Below are positions 11,306 through 54,441 of a stretch of DNA of 64,000 nt, piece by piece (position 1 is the stretch's first letter; each line of letters begins with the position of its first letter). The notes beneath the pieces were generated by a model that was not told where the DNA came from, did not search any database, and was given only the letters and a program-made list of their open reading frames with translations. The stretch is from Amoebidium appalachense (taxonomy: Eukaryota; Protista; Ichthyosporea). The position numbers and the translations under genes were made by a program. Location of the stretch: contig CAVNZM010000004.1 of assembly GCA_963693365.1 (NCBI GenBank), positions 8,894,468-8,958,467 of the forward strand. Reading direction: 5' to 3'.

Positions 11306-13289
11306 GGAATGAATAGTACTATAACTTCCTTCTAACCTGGAGGTTTAATGATATATCATATTTATTAAACTAATATTTAGTGTTTATCGAAAATACAGTG
11401 TACTGCAAAATCATATTGTTAAAGTAATAGGATTCTTGCAAACTCGTAAGAGAAAGTATAATACATAATGTGTCTTCAATACTAGTACCTGAAGTCTGCT
11501 TGTTTAAGGTGTACTCTAAGGAATTTTTAAAGAAATTATAAATTCATATTACTTTCTAACCCTATGCAAAAATAGGGACCTTCCTCTGTTAATTCATCGA
11601 TAGAATAAATTTAATTCTAGAATTTTAAGGATTTTAATTAGAAATCGGCAAGATAATAATACTTTTACTATCTTTGAGACCAAACTCATGAAATTGAATT
11701 ATTTGTGCCGATGCGTTAATTGGGCTAGGTATATGAGAATGCGATCTGCAAAGTTTAAATAAGTAATGTGATGTTAGTTTTTCACTGAAGAGTCTGTCCC
11801 TCCGAATTTTTACTAGAGTCTCAGTAGAGTCACCACTCATAAAATACTCGTTAAAAAGTAGTATAAACTCTCCAAGTTTAGAGCTATATGCAGGATTTTT
11901 AAGGCTGGTGTATTAAGCCTGCTTCGAAAACTAAATTTATATAAGTAATAAAAGAAAGTTTACGGTTTAAGCTCCTAGATTAAAGATTAAGTACTTTCGT
12001 TTAGTTTGTACTATTTTAACAGTTTGAATTTGTATGCCATCTGACAGATTAGAAAATATAGATGTATAGTAGTAGGACGGTTTAAAAATAATAAGGTGCA
12101 TATTTAAGAACCGAATAAGTTATTGGTTATGTAAGTAGAGACGTTATTATGACATATCACCAAAGAGATAAAAAGTTTAAAGGCGAGAGTCTCTCTTGAG
12201 CCTTCTAGCTAAGAAACGTTCTTATGCTTTAGTAAAATTCTCCTTACTCGTACAAGGTGAATGGGTAATTCTCAAATTACAAGAGTCTCTTCAAAGCTTT
12301 CTCGCTAAGAGAAAAGTCTTATACTCTTGTCATTATACGACGACAAGCTCGTCTAGTACTCGCAACGAGTTGGTACTCGCAATACTCTTTTGTTAAGAAA
12401 GAGATAATAGTTATGCTATGAAGTAAAAGCTTGTGGACTTAAACTAAATGATTTTACATTGGACAAAGTATAAATCTGTATTAGATTTTTTACCGTTGGA
12501 CAAATCTGAGACCGTAAATTCTAGTCTCGGAAAAGTAATTGCTCTAAGAGCATTAACGATACCTGGTACGGGGGGAGACGAATAAATTGAAATCGAGATT
12601 AGATCCCGGATATTTCTCAAGGACGAAGTTTAGGGTGACTTGACGGAGGACTTTCTTGATGGTTAGCTAAGGTGCCTTAACAAAGGACTTTCTTAATAAG
12701 AGAGCTTTATACCTGTAAAATCTAGAAAGGTAAATATTTTTAAGGTGCTCTGCGGTTTAGAGCATCATTCGTTTACCAAATTTCACGCTGTTAAACTACT
12801 ATTGATAAATATCCTACCCCCTTCCATATTTGTTAATAAGGTACAGGTCTTGTATTCTTGATCGTCAGGATTGTTCAATTATGGGATGCCTCTTTGTAAA
12901 TCATTTAACATTCGAGTCGTCTGTCAAGAAATATCCGCCTAAACCTAAGATAACCTTGTAGAATTTTCTATAGTATAACAATGGTTGCTACCTTTCAGCC
13001 GGTAATCTTTTAGTCGGATTTCTAAATTTATATTGGTTTACTAAGGAAATCTCCACCTATAAATATATCACATGGTCTATTTTTCTTGCAGATGACAAAG
13101 GGTGCTACTCTTTCTGCAGATAATCCTTTAGTTGAATGTATAAGATCTTGAGTCGTTTCCCAAGGAAATCTAAACCTACATCCCAATAAAGCTGGTCTAT
13201 TATTCTCGCGAGGTCGAAGTTTGTTATCCTTTAGGCAGGTCATATCTTAGTTCGATTTATAACATTTAAGCTAATTTTCAAAGGGAATC

Positions 13290-14590
13290 TCAGTATATTA
13301 CAAGAATAACCTGGTTTATTCTCTTTTGAATAAGACATAAATACATGAATCCATTAGGATCGAGAATAAGTGCGAATACATAAATGCATAAATCAATCGT
13401 GCATGAATCAATGGGGCTCTGGCGTGCATGGTATGAATCATTGGGACTCTTGAATATAAGACATAAGTAAATGTACTTTGGGGTGCAGGAGTACATAACA
13501 TGAATGCGAATGCATGAATCAATGATGGTCGCGCACGATATGACATAAGTATATAAGTCAATTATGAGCCTGCAGGAATTAGTGGTGCTCTTGAGTGTAC
13601 GGCATAGGTCAATGGTGCTATTAGATGCATGAATATATTAAAAATTGTGCAGGAATCCGTAGTGCTATTGAGTATATAACATAAGTGCTAATACATAAGT
13701 GCATGAAGAAATTGGGATTGTGGATATTCTTGTTGTTCTTAAATCTTATGGTTGTTCATGGGTACTTCTGGCAATCATGTATATATCTCATGGATGTATA
13801 TGTATGCTTCTTAGCAATACTGTAATAGACAACTCTTAGGAATCATGGACGAGCTATTAGGCACTAATTTCGTATTATGAATGTTGTTTAGCTATCTAGT
13901 ATGTAAATGGATCATCGATGTTAAGGAGTCCCTCGTGCATGTCATGGCATGAGTGCAAGGATCAATGGTGTTCTAGAAATAAGTGCAGGAATCAAGGATG
14001 CTCTAAGTGTATGACATGAATGTATAAATTAATTGGGTTCTGGGTGTATGGAATAACATGAGTGTATAAATCAATGGAGCTATTAGATGCATGAGTGTAT
14101 AACATAAATGCATGAATCAATTAAAATAGTGAAGAAATTGATTAGGATCATGTAGTAATCAGTGGTGTTCTTGGGTACATGAATCAATTGGGATCGTGGA
14201 CATCCTTGTTGTTCTTAGATCTCATAGCTCTTTCTGGTTTCATGGCTGTTTATGAATCTCATGATTGTCCCTGTATGCTTCTTTTCAAAACTGTATGGAT
14301 CTCATGAATCTTATGGTTGTTTATGAATGCTTCTTAGCAATAATGTAATAGACAACTCTTAGCCATTATGGATGAGCTATTAGGCGCTAATTTTGTATTA
14401 TGAATGTTGTTTAGCTTTATTAAATATCAAGGGATCATCGATGTTAATGAGTTACTCGTGAAGGGTATAGCATAAGTGCATGGAACAATTAGGAATGCAG
14501 GAATCAATTGGAATCGGGCATAAGTAAATAACATGAATGCGAATGCATGAATCAATTGGGGATCACGCACGGTATAATATGGGTGCATGA
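13290..14590. repeat. Degenerate subterminal repeat array (~520-bp higher-order unit made of short CATGAAT/TGCATG motifs)
   Basis: A ~90-bp block TGCTTCTTAGCAATA...TTTAGCT recurs at ~13806 and ~14328; CATGAATGCGAATGCATGAATCAAT recurs at ~13499 and ~14532. Confidence 0.8.
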
Positions 14591-14657
14591 AATCCAAGAC
14601 GGCCACTCGGCAATCCAAGACGGCCACTCGGAAATCCAAGACGGCCACTCGGAAATC
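14591..14657. repeat. 21-bp tandem repeat x3
   Basis: AATCCAAGACGGCCACTCGG(C/A) at 14591, 14612, 14633. Confidence 0.95.
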
Positions 14658-14710
14658 ATAAAATTCCATCCTACCCTACATGTAGAATCTACACTTCCTA
14701 GGTACATGCC

Positions 14711-14756
14711 TAGAGTAAGAAGAAGGGAGAGAGGGGGCGAGATGAAATAACTAGAC
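14711..14756 (-). repeat. Right terminal inverted repeat of the mitochondrial segment
   Basis: Reverse complement of 8387-8432; outer 24 bp identical. Confidence 0.9.
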
Positions 14757-14790
14757 TGGGCCCCCCGAGCATGTCCTGGGGTGGGGGGGG

Positions 14791-14974
14791 TATGATGCAC
14801 TGAATTGGGTGCACTGAATCGCTTTCCGGGCACTGAAACCGACCGGCGCGGGCGGGGGGCGCGAACCCGGGCCGGCACATGATGATTCAGTGCATCGAAT
14901 TCAGTGCAAAAGCTCGTCGGCGTCGCCAGTGCTCATGTAAATTCAATTCAGTGCAACTTGAATTCAGTGCACCT
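14791..14974. mobile_element. ~180-bp foldback/MITE-like element made of TGCACTGAAT motifs
   Basis: Three forward copies (14796, 14810, ~14830) and four reverse copies ATTCAGTGCA (14885, 14899, 14946, 14962) around a GC-rich spacer. Confidence 0.55.
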
Positions 14975-15264
14975 AGGGTTTACATAGTTTGCGCAAACTT
15001 TGGCGCCAAATCGCCCCGCACGGCCCGGCCGGCGGGCGCCTCGCGTGTGCCGACTCAGTATGGTGTGACGGTATGTAAACGGCAAACCCGAAAATTTTTA
15101 GCACAATCATTCTTGGGTAGGCTCGCTAATTTCAATGCAGAAAGTCGTTGCAGTACCACGTGATACCTGCTACTATACAATACACTGCGGCGTGTAGTGT
15201 GGCAGTGGCTGCGGCCTTTTTCTTCTCATTGCAGCTGCAGCTACGTGTTTCTCATCCTTTGAAA

Positions 15265-19963
<4,699 letters not shown>

Positions 19964-20264
19964 GGTGTCCTAATGGTGCTTGGGGCTGTGGTTTTGCTAT
20001 TGGACCTGAATGGTTTTACATTAGGGTTGCATGTCCTGGGTGTGGGCATGGAGTGTGTGTGTTTCCCACTGCACATGGTACACGGGCCATTTTTGCCAAC
20101 AATTGATTAGGGCAGAGAATACTACTAGTAGTGGGGCACACACTTTGGTGCGCACTCTTGCATGGGCCATGGGCTCATGCACGTACACATGCACACAGGC
20201 AGGCACGCATGCACACATGCATACTATTAGGACGTACAGACACATACACACAGACACACACACA

Positions 20265-20383
<119 letters not shown>

Positions 20384-20454
20384 ACACACTCACACTCACA
20401 CACACACACACGGCACACACACACACACACACACACGGCACACGCACACGCGCG

Positions 20455-20516
<62 letters not shown>

Positions 20517-21029
20517 CACACACACATCTAGCCTAGTAGTACACTGTGGAGGCGTAGCTTAGCTTTTAGGTTCATGAATAAGTATAGGTATAGGCTAGTT
20601 TCGTATTCTTTTTTAGCCTGAGCTTGTAGCAATAAATGATAATATATGTTATGTTATAGAGATGATAATGACAATACCAGTACCTAAATTTCAGAGCTGG
20701 CATATGTGCCCGAAAGCATATTTACTGATGATCAGAGAATTCGTGTTGTCGTACTGAAGTTAACACAAGTGCGCACAGACACACTTGCACACACACGCGC
20801 GCGCGCGCACACACATAGACACACACACATGCACATGTATGTGCCGCAAGCACACACACAGAGAGGTACACACGTACACACGGAAATGTAGGCGCGGCCT
20901 GGCGCGCGGGACATCAGTATCATGAGTCATGTTATGCACACATACATAGATGTGTATCGGTGCGCCTGCATACATACAGAAAGATAACTACACAATGTGT
21001 CTGTGCAGGTATACACACACACGTGCGCA

Positions 21030-21084
<55 letters not shown>

Positions 21085-21112
21085 ATGAACACACACACAC
21101 ACACACACACAT

Positions 21113-21161
<49 letters not shown>

Positions 21162-21178
21162 CACACACGGACACACAG

Positions 21179-21211
<33 letters not shown>

Positions 21212-21291
21212 AATTCGAAGTTGCCATTATGTATGAAGTTCTCATTTTGATCCATTTTAATAGTGGAACTGGTACCCGGTACCCGTGGTTT

Positions 21292-21323
<32 letters not shown>

Positions 21324-21336
21324 AGTTTTGTTTCCC

Positions 21337-21371
<35 letters not shown>

Positions 21372-21564
21372 GGCCCCTTCGGGGGACCCCAGGACATGAA
21401 GTACCAGCCCCCTCCGGGCATCCCTTCCCCCCCCCCCCCCCCCCCCTCCCCCCCCCCCCCCCCCCAACCACCACCACCACCACCACCACACCACCACCGC
21501 CACCACCAAATACATACACACAGGCCCACACACACACCGCCACCCACACAGCCTGTCTGCCCAG

Positions 21565-21603
21565 CAAGGCCTCCTAAATAGGTGTGCTATTTAGGAGGCC
21601 TTG
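21565..21603. mobile_element. 39-bp perfect hairpin flanked by 8-bp direct repeat (minimal MITE-like element)
   Basis: CAAGGCCTCCTAAATAG-GTGTG-CTATTTAGGAGGCCTTG; CTGCCCAG at 21557-21564 and 21604-21611. Confidence 0.65.
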
Positions 21604-22476
21604 CTGCCCAGGCCCGAGCTGTTGCCCCCCCTCCGCTGGCCCGGCCAGCGGTTGCGATGGATATTACGTAATCTTTGGGTCCTGAGCCAATCACATTGCA
21701 AAATACAACGTTCGCACGAAACGATTGGTAGTTCCCTAGTTAGATCAAAGTAGTCTATATTAGGAAGCGTTGATTGTGGCTCATGAGCCAGGTGACGTAC
21801 ACATCTTCAAAGTTTGTATGTGAGACTTACCTAAACTATAACAGAACGGTTGTCTTTTCTTACAGTGACCACCGCCCAGACACGAGTTCTTGAAAACCCT
21901 CTTCGCTGGACTGACAGGTGTACCAGCTCATACGTTGCACCAGCCACCCACTGCTTGACGGGTTATTTTGGTGCACTTCGCATTGGTGTGGGCATCATCA
22001 TTTCGAGGTAGTCCGACACCTGGCATCCCTCACGGCGGTTTAGACTCTGATCCTTCCCCCCCCCCCCCTCCCCCCCCCCCCCCCCCTCCCCCCGCCCCAC
22101 CTCCCCTTCCCCCCCCCTCGCACCCCCCCTTCCCCCTCACCTCGCCGGACTTGTTTCCCCGGCTCAGCTAGTACGTGGCATGGCCCACCTTCCAGTCCAG
22201 AAATGGGTACTGGGCACGCCTCTCGACGACTATTACTCCCCTGCCGGCTAACTGCTGAGTGACAGACTCCCCCTCACACCCCACCCCATTCTCCGCCCCT
22301 CACCCCTCACCCCCCTCCTTCCCCCTTGCCCCCCTTTTTCAACCCTCTAGATCTTCCCCAGAGGCCCTCTAAGGCTTACTTTCCCCCTCTCCCCTCTGCA
22401 ACGTAAACAACTAACCACGCGAAACATTGCAACACAGGTACTTGTCTATCCTAAATTTTATCGATAAACCAAGAGG

Positions 22477-32247
<9,771 letters not shown>

Positions 32248-32786
32248 ATACGTCAATACGCAGAATACGCAAATAAGCGAATACGGAATACGAGAGTATT
32301 CGATTACGCAAACCCAGGAAAAAACAACAAGAATACCATGCCATTGCTCTACGTAAATCTTTGTTAAAACGCTTTAAACCACCCCAGAGTTTTACCCCTT
32401 TTTTTTTTTTGGAAAATATCTGGGAATTCTGCTTTTGACATGAGGTTTACTGTATATACCCTTGTGTTGTGTATTTTCTTTTTTGTTCATTTTCCTGCAA
32501 GTGTTCCCTTCTTGTATGTCACAGAAGTAGTGACATGAACGTCATCGTGTTGTTTCCCTCTGCCCCGGCTTGCCCTTTTTAAGCATAACCACAATATTAT
32601 ATGGAATTGGTGCGCATATATGGAGGTTGCTGAGTAATGTATGTTCAGTGTATAAGAGTATGTAAGAGATGGTGGATGGAAAACCCCCTTGTAAGCATTT
32701 TCATGTTGCATGTGCAATCAAATAAAGGAACCATGGTTTGACTTCTGTTGTTGTAAATCCGCAATATTAAACGATAACCCCAACCT

Positions 32787-32831
<45 letters not shown>

Positions 32832-33065
32832 AAAAAAAAAAAACTCTCAACCCCCCCTCCCGCCCACCTCCACCCACCCACCCGTCCACCCGAGAATATT
32901 GTGAAAGACTTGGGCCACTTTAGTCTGAAGGTGGGCTCTACTTTTATTCCGTTCTCTCGATATGTTTGCGGTATTGCACCAATATCACTTTAAATTTGTT
33001 TTGGATATAACGTATGTGTGTGATATGTCACAAAGAGTCTACTGTATATGCTTATACGTAAAATA

Positions 33066-33101
<36 letters not shown>

Positions 33102-33697
33102 TGCCCGCGGGTCCCTCTCAGTCCTCCTAGTCGGCCCATAACATTACGTCACAAACACGTGACGTTCCACCTGAATGTGGCTCTGATTCTCCATGGGATG
33201 TAAATGAACTGACATGTACAAGCATTTGTTACGCACGTACGTAGTATACGGTGACGGACATTGCCAAATATTTGTCGTGGTGGTGGTGGTGGCCCGGGAA
33301 GGGGGAGGGGGAGGGGGAGGGAAAGAAATGGGAGGTCGGGGTTGGGGTGTGTTTATGTGCAGCGGTGTGTGGTGTTCGAAACCAACCATGGCATGGCGGT
33401 TGGGGGAGGGAGAGGGGTAGCGTAGGGTCCGGGCGGGGGGGGGGAGGGGGAATGAGGATACTGGTGGGGCTGGGTGGGTGGGGTACGTGGGTGGGTGGAG
33501 GGGGAGGGGGGGTAGGGGGGGGGGAGGGGGGGGGGGGGGAAGGGGGAGGGGGAAGTAGGGGGCGGTGGGTGGGGAGAGAGAGAGGGGGAACACGTTGCAA
33601 TTTCTTTGTATTTCTAAATATGGCCGTGACGGGAAATTTATCTTTTCATTATGGTTCGTCAACAACATATGCCAGATGTATCTGTTGGTACAGGCCC

Positions 33698-33790
<93 letters not shown>

Positions 33791-34416
33791 ACCACCACCA
33801 CCACCACCACCACCACCACCACCACCACCACCACCACCACCACCGCCACCACCACCACACACACACACACACACACACCGACTCACCCACCCAAACACCA
33901 CAAAAAAATTAATAAAAAAATAAAAAAATAAAAAAAAATAAAAAAACACAATTAGCAGGGGCCCTCACCCAAGGGAAACCATAAACGGGAGAGAAACAGT
34001 TGAACTAAATCCTACCGTAGCCACAACAACAGGATTTATGAGCACCGTTTCATCTCCGGCCACACGCCAGGATTCCTCTGGACCAATCAATTCAACCAAA
34101 TTAAATACCAGAATGACTTCATCCGATGCCAATCCTCCCCCAGCATCGTAAAAGCAGAAAATGAGAATAAAAAAAATAGAAAAGCACAAAATGTGATTGT
34201 TCCGATTTTTCACACCTCCAACGATTGCACAATCACTATACAGCGGAATAACAAGAAGGAGCCACCCCCCCTCCCCCCACCCCCCCCCCCCCCAAAAAGA
34301 ACAGGGCATGCCACCAGTGAACCAGCCCAATCAATTACATGTCCGTTTCTAAATTGGCACCTTTCCCACCATTCACACAACCTTTTCTCTAATCACGTGA
34401 CTTCTCCACCCACCAA

Positions 34417-50898
<16,482 letters not shown>

Positions 50899-51240
50899 TC
50901 GTTGAGCCAAGCTCCCTCCGTCCACGAAAAGGAGCAATGTCGAACCCATTCTGCCCCCGAGGGAGCTATATTTCAAAGCAAAGCCCGGTAATAAAGGTAA
51001 GAAAAACTAACAAAAATTACTCGAGCAGGGCTGCTGGGATGTGGTATGGAACTGTGACGGAAACGAACCAGAGCTCAAAATGTAGCAAGAAACGTGCAAG
51101 GAAGGGATAGCTGAGTGTACCCTTACGGACTTCTTTCAGGGAAACGTAAGTGATAATGTGTGTATACGTGTTTATATATGCACGGAAACACACAGATCCC
51201 CTCGTGTGTGTCTGCTCTTCTAAGCTGCAAAACGCAACGG

Positions 51241-51279
<39 letters not shown>

Positions 51280-51797
51280 GAAGTGTTCGCGAAAATGCAG
51301 CTGGTCGCAAAAAAAAGCAAGAAAAGAGTTTTAAGACTACCGCATGGTCCTGCCGGCCAGTGCTGTGCGCTTTGATGATTAGTTCAAGAGGAACCCTTTT
51401 TGTGAGCCACATTTGTTTTATTGGTGCGCTGCTCAAGTAAATAACCGTATAAAGCTATTTAAGTTTTGTTTATAGGCCATTCATTGGCCATAAATGCACC
51501 ACTAACGGTTGACTAGGCCACAGTAGAGATGATCTGTATCGAATCAGCTGCCGCAATTTATCGATTACGCGCAATCGCATGATGACGCAACGGGAGATCT
51601 GTACACGTGTGTCTTTTGAATGCACTGCCCGTCATTGAACTGCAGCTGTATGATACTTCGTCAAGAGAAAAATCTAGTTGAAGGATTTGGGAAAAAAGTA
51701 GATCCATTTGGGTGATAGTTTGACGAATTTCACTCAGCTAAACAAGCACAAAAAACAACACACGTGTTCAGGGTACCTGTTATTTTCGTCTAGGAAA

Positions 51798-51926
51798 ATG
51801 GGGGAGAACGGAGTGAGCAAGAAGAGGACGCTGAGCCCGCAGTCAATCTTCGACGAAGAGGCTGTGCTGGAGGCTTTCAGGGAGCACGGCATCAAGTCAC
51901 AGCACGCATACAAGTGGGTGTGCCTA

Positions 51927-51978
<52 letters not shown>

Positions 51979-52993
51979 TGTGTGTGGGGGGGGGGGGTGC
52001 GTGTGTGCGTTGCGTTGCGTATGTGTGTGTGCGCGTGCGCACGCGTGTGTGTGCGTGCGTGTGCGTGCGTGTGCGTGTGCGTGCGTTTGTGTGTGCGTGT
52101 GTGTGCGCGCGTGCGCGCGTGCTTGTGTTTGTGTCTGTGTTTACTCGTTTGTGAGTGCGTGCGTGTGCGCACACGGGGATGACTGGGATTGTTGTGTGCA
52201 CTGATGATTGTTGCTGTATGTGCTGCACAAGGGCAGGATGCCACAGGCGCCTGCGTGCTGTGTTTTGTGCGTGCTGTGGGCTGTGCGTGCTTTCTGTGCA
52301 TCTTTACACGTTTGTGTGCATGTGGCAACGGGGTCAGCGGAAGTTTGCAATTGGGAAGGGAGGTGGACAGTGGTAACGATTCATATGCACGTGTGAACGC
52401 AATAGGTTAATAGTGGATCCTGGGGGATGGGGCGGTTGGGCTGGGGGGGAGGTGGGATGGTGGGGATGGGGGCTATGTATGTGTAGTAGTCGCACTGGCC
52501 GTCGCTGAGTGCGTCTGCACGTAGGACAAAGGTTGTCATGGTAGACACATCAGGAATAGCCCATGATCGCAGTTACAGCGATAAAATTGAATGTCAGTCT
52601 TGTGTATGGTTGGGAGTGTGCGGGTGTGTGGGTGTGGTTCTGCTTATGCGTGGGGGTATGCCAGACGCAGCCAGGGGGCGTGGTGGTTAGGAGGAGGGGG
52701 GGGAGGGGGGGGGGAGGCAACACAAATTTCGACCGATGCTGCTTAACCTTATTTGAAAGAAATGAAAAAGTCGAGAGTGGTCAAGCGACCTCACTTTGAG
52801 ATCAGGAGCAAGGGGAACCATTATGTGTTGGCACACTAACTGTGCACTACTTTCAGAGTTTGGCGTCTTCTTATTCAGCATGGGGTTGAGGACCTGAAAG
52901 AAGTTCCCGACCTGCCCAAGGTATTTCTACATACCCCCTCCCTCCCCCCCCCCCCCCCCCAAAAAAAAAAAATCCCGTAATTGCGCCCCCCCC

Positions 52994-53027
<34 letters not shown>

Positions 53028-53356
53028 AAAAACCCCGTAATTGTTTCCCCCCCCCCCCCCCCTCCTTCCCGGATGCAAGTCTTTATGCCTCCCCGGTTAT
53101 CCAACCGGTTGTATGTACAACGGAACATGAAAGAGGGTGGGGGGGTGTGGTGATGTGTGTGCGTGCGTGTTTTTGTGTGTGTAGCGCCCCCCCCACTCCC
53201 CTGGGGGGGAGGGTGTATGTGTGGTGGGGGGGGGGGGGGGGGGGGGGGGGAGGGGGAGGGGGGAGGTGGTGGTGGTGGTTGTGGTTGTGGTGTGTGTGCG
53301 TGTGTTTTTCTTTTTCTTTTTTTTTTTTTTTTTGGAGGGGGAGGGGGGGGGTTCTT

Positions 53357-53389
<33 letters not shown>

Positions 53390-53408
53390 TTTTTTTTGTG
53401 TGTGTGTG

Positions 53409-53439
<31 letters not shown>

Positions 53440-53655
53440 TGGCTCAGAAGACGAAGAGGGATTCGGCGAAGCTGGGGGAAAGTGACCCAATGTACAAAAG
53501 TGGGTGTTTTTTTTTGTTTCATTCTTTTTTTTTCGAGGGGGGGGGGGAAGGGGGGAGGGAGGAACGGGATGGAAAGGATGAGGGGAGAGGAAGGGGGAGG
53601 GGGGGGGGGGGGGGGAAGAGAGAGAGAGAGAGAGGGAGAATCGGGGTGGTTGTGT

Positions 53656-53704
<49 letters not shown>

Positions 53705-54394
53705 CGGGGTGGGTGTGTATGGTGTATATTTGTATTTGTTTGCAGGGGTTCTGGTACGCGGGGGGGGGGGGGGGGGGGGGGGGGGGTCGTGGCAGGGGGG
53801 AAGTGTGTGAGTGGGTGTGGGGGGGGGGGGGGAGGAGGGGGGGGGAGGGGCGCGATGGGAACATGGACCCTGTACTTTTGAACTGCCTCTAACACCACCA
53901 ACCAACTATCCCTTTTTACAGGCTGCGTTAGAGCTCCTGACGACCAAATTCGCCACCACGACCTCACGCGTGGTTAAAGAAACGACGTCATCCGACCGCT
54001 CAACCACGAAACTACTAGTGGAGCTGCAAGACGGGAAGAGGGTGGAATCTGTGATTATGCGATACGGAGACGTAGAGTTAAAGTCGTTTCCGGAGGAGGA
54101 AAAGGAAAGGTTAAGGAAGGGAGAAAAGTTGGAGTTTAAGTCGAACAAGAGGGCTACTCTGTGCATATCTTCGCAGGTTGGGTGTCAGATGGCGTGCACG
54201 TTTTGCGCCACGGGGACTATGGGGTTGGTTGGCAATCTGAGCTCCGGTGCGTGTTCACTATCCCCCCTCCCCTCCCTCCCTCCCCCCCTCCTTGCGACCC
54301 CCGCTGTCCTTCCACACACGCACATGTGCGCGCGCACACACACACACACGCATGCATGCATGTGCATGCGCGCGCACACACACACACACAAACA

Positions 54395-54441
<47 letters not shown>

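Larger units (their letters stand above)
8387..14756 (+). other. Mitochondrial-derived segment (NUMT), apparently a complete linear mitochondrial chromosome with inverted termini
   Basis: Abrupt switch to AT-rich, microsatellite-free DNA; rps13 and atp6 in genetic code 4; both ends carry the same sequence in inverted orientation. Confidence 0.85.

Noticed and set aside
9870-13290. Mitochondrial tRNA or rRNA genes in the spacer
   Set aside because: Only isolated hairpins were seen; no cloverleaf with a T-loop and no rRNA signature recognised.
14591-14657. CRISPR-like array
   Set aside because: The 21-mers are directly adjacent with no spacers, and there are no cas genes.
33965-34330. Additional ABCB10 exon or separate small gene
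   Set aside because: ABCB10 stops at 34417; the downstream frames show no motif and are more simply 3' UTR or intergenic DNA.
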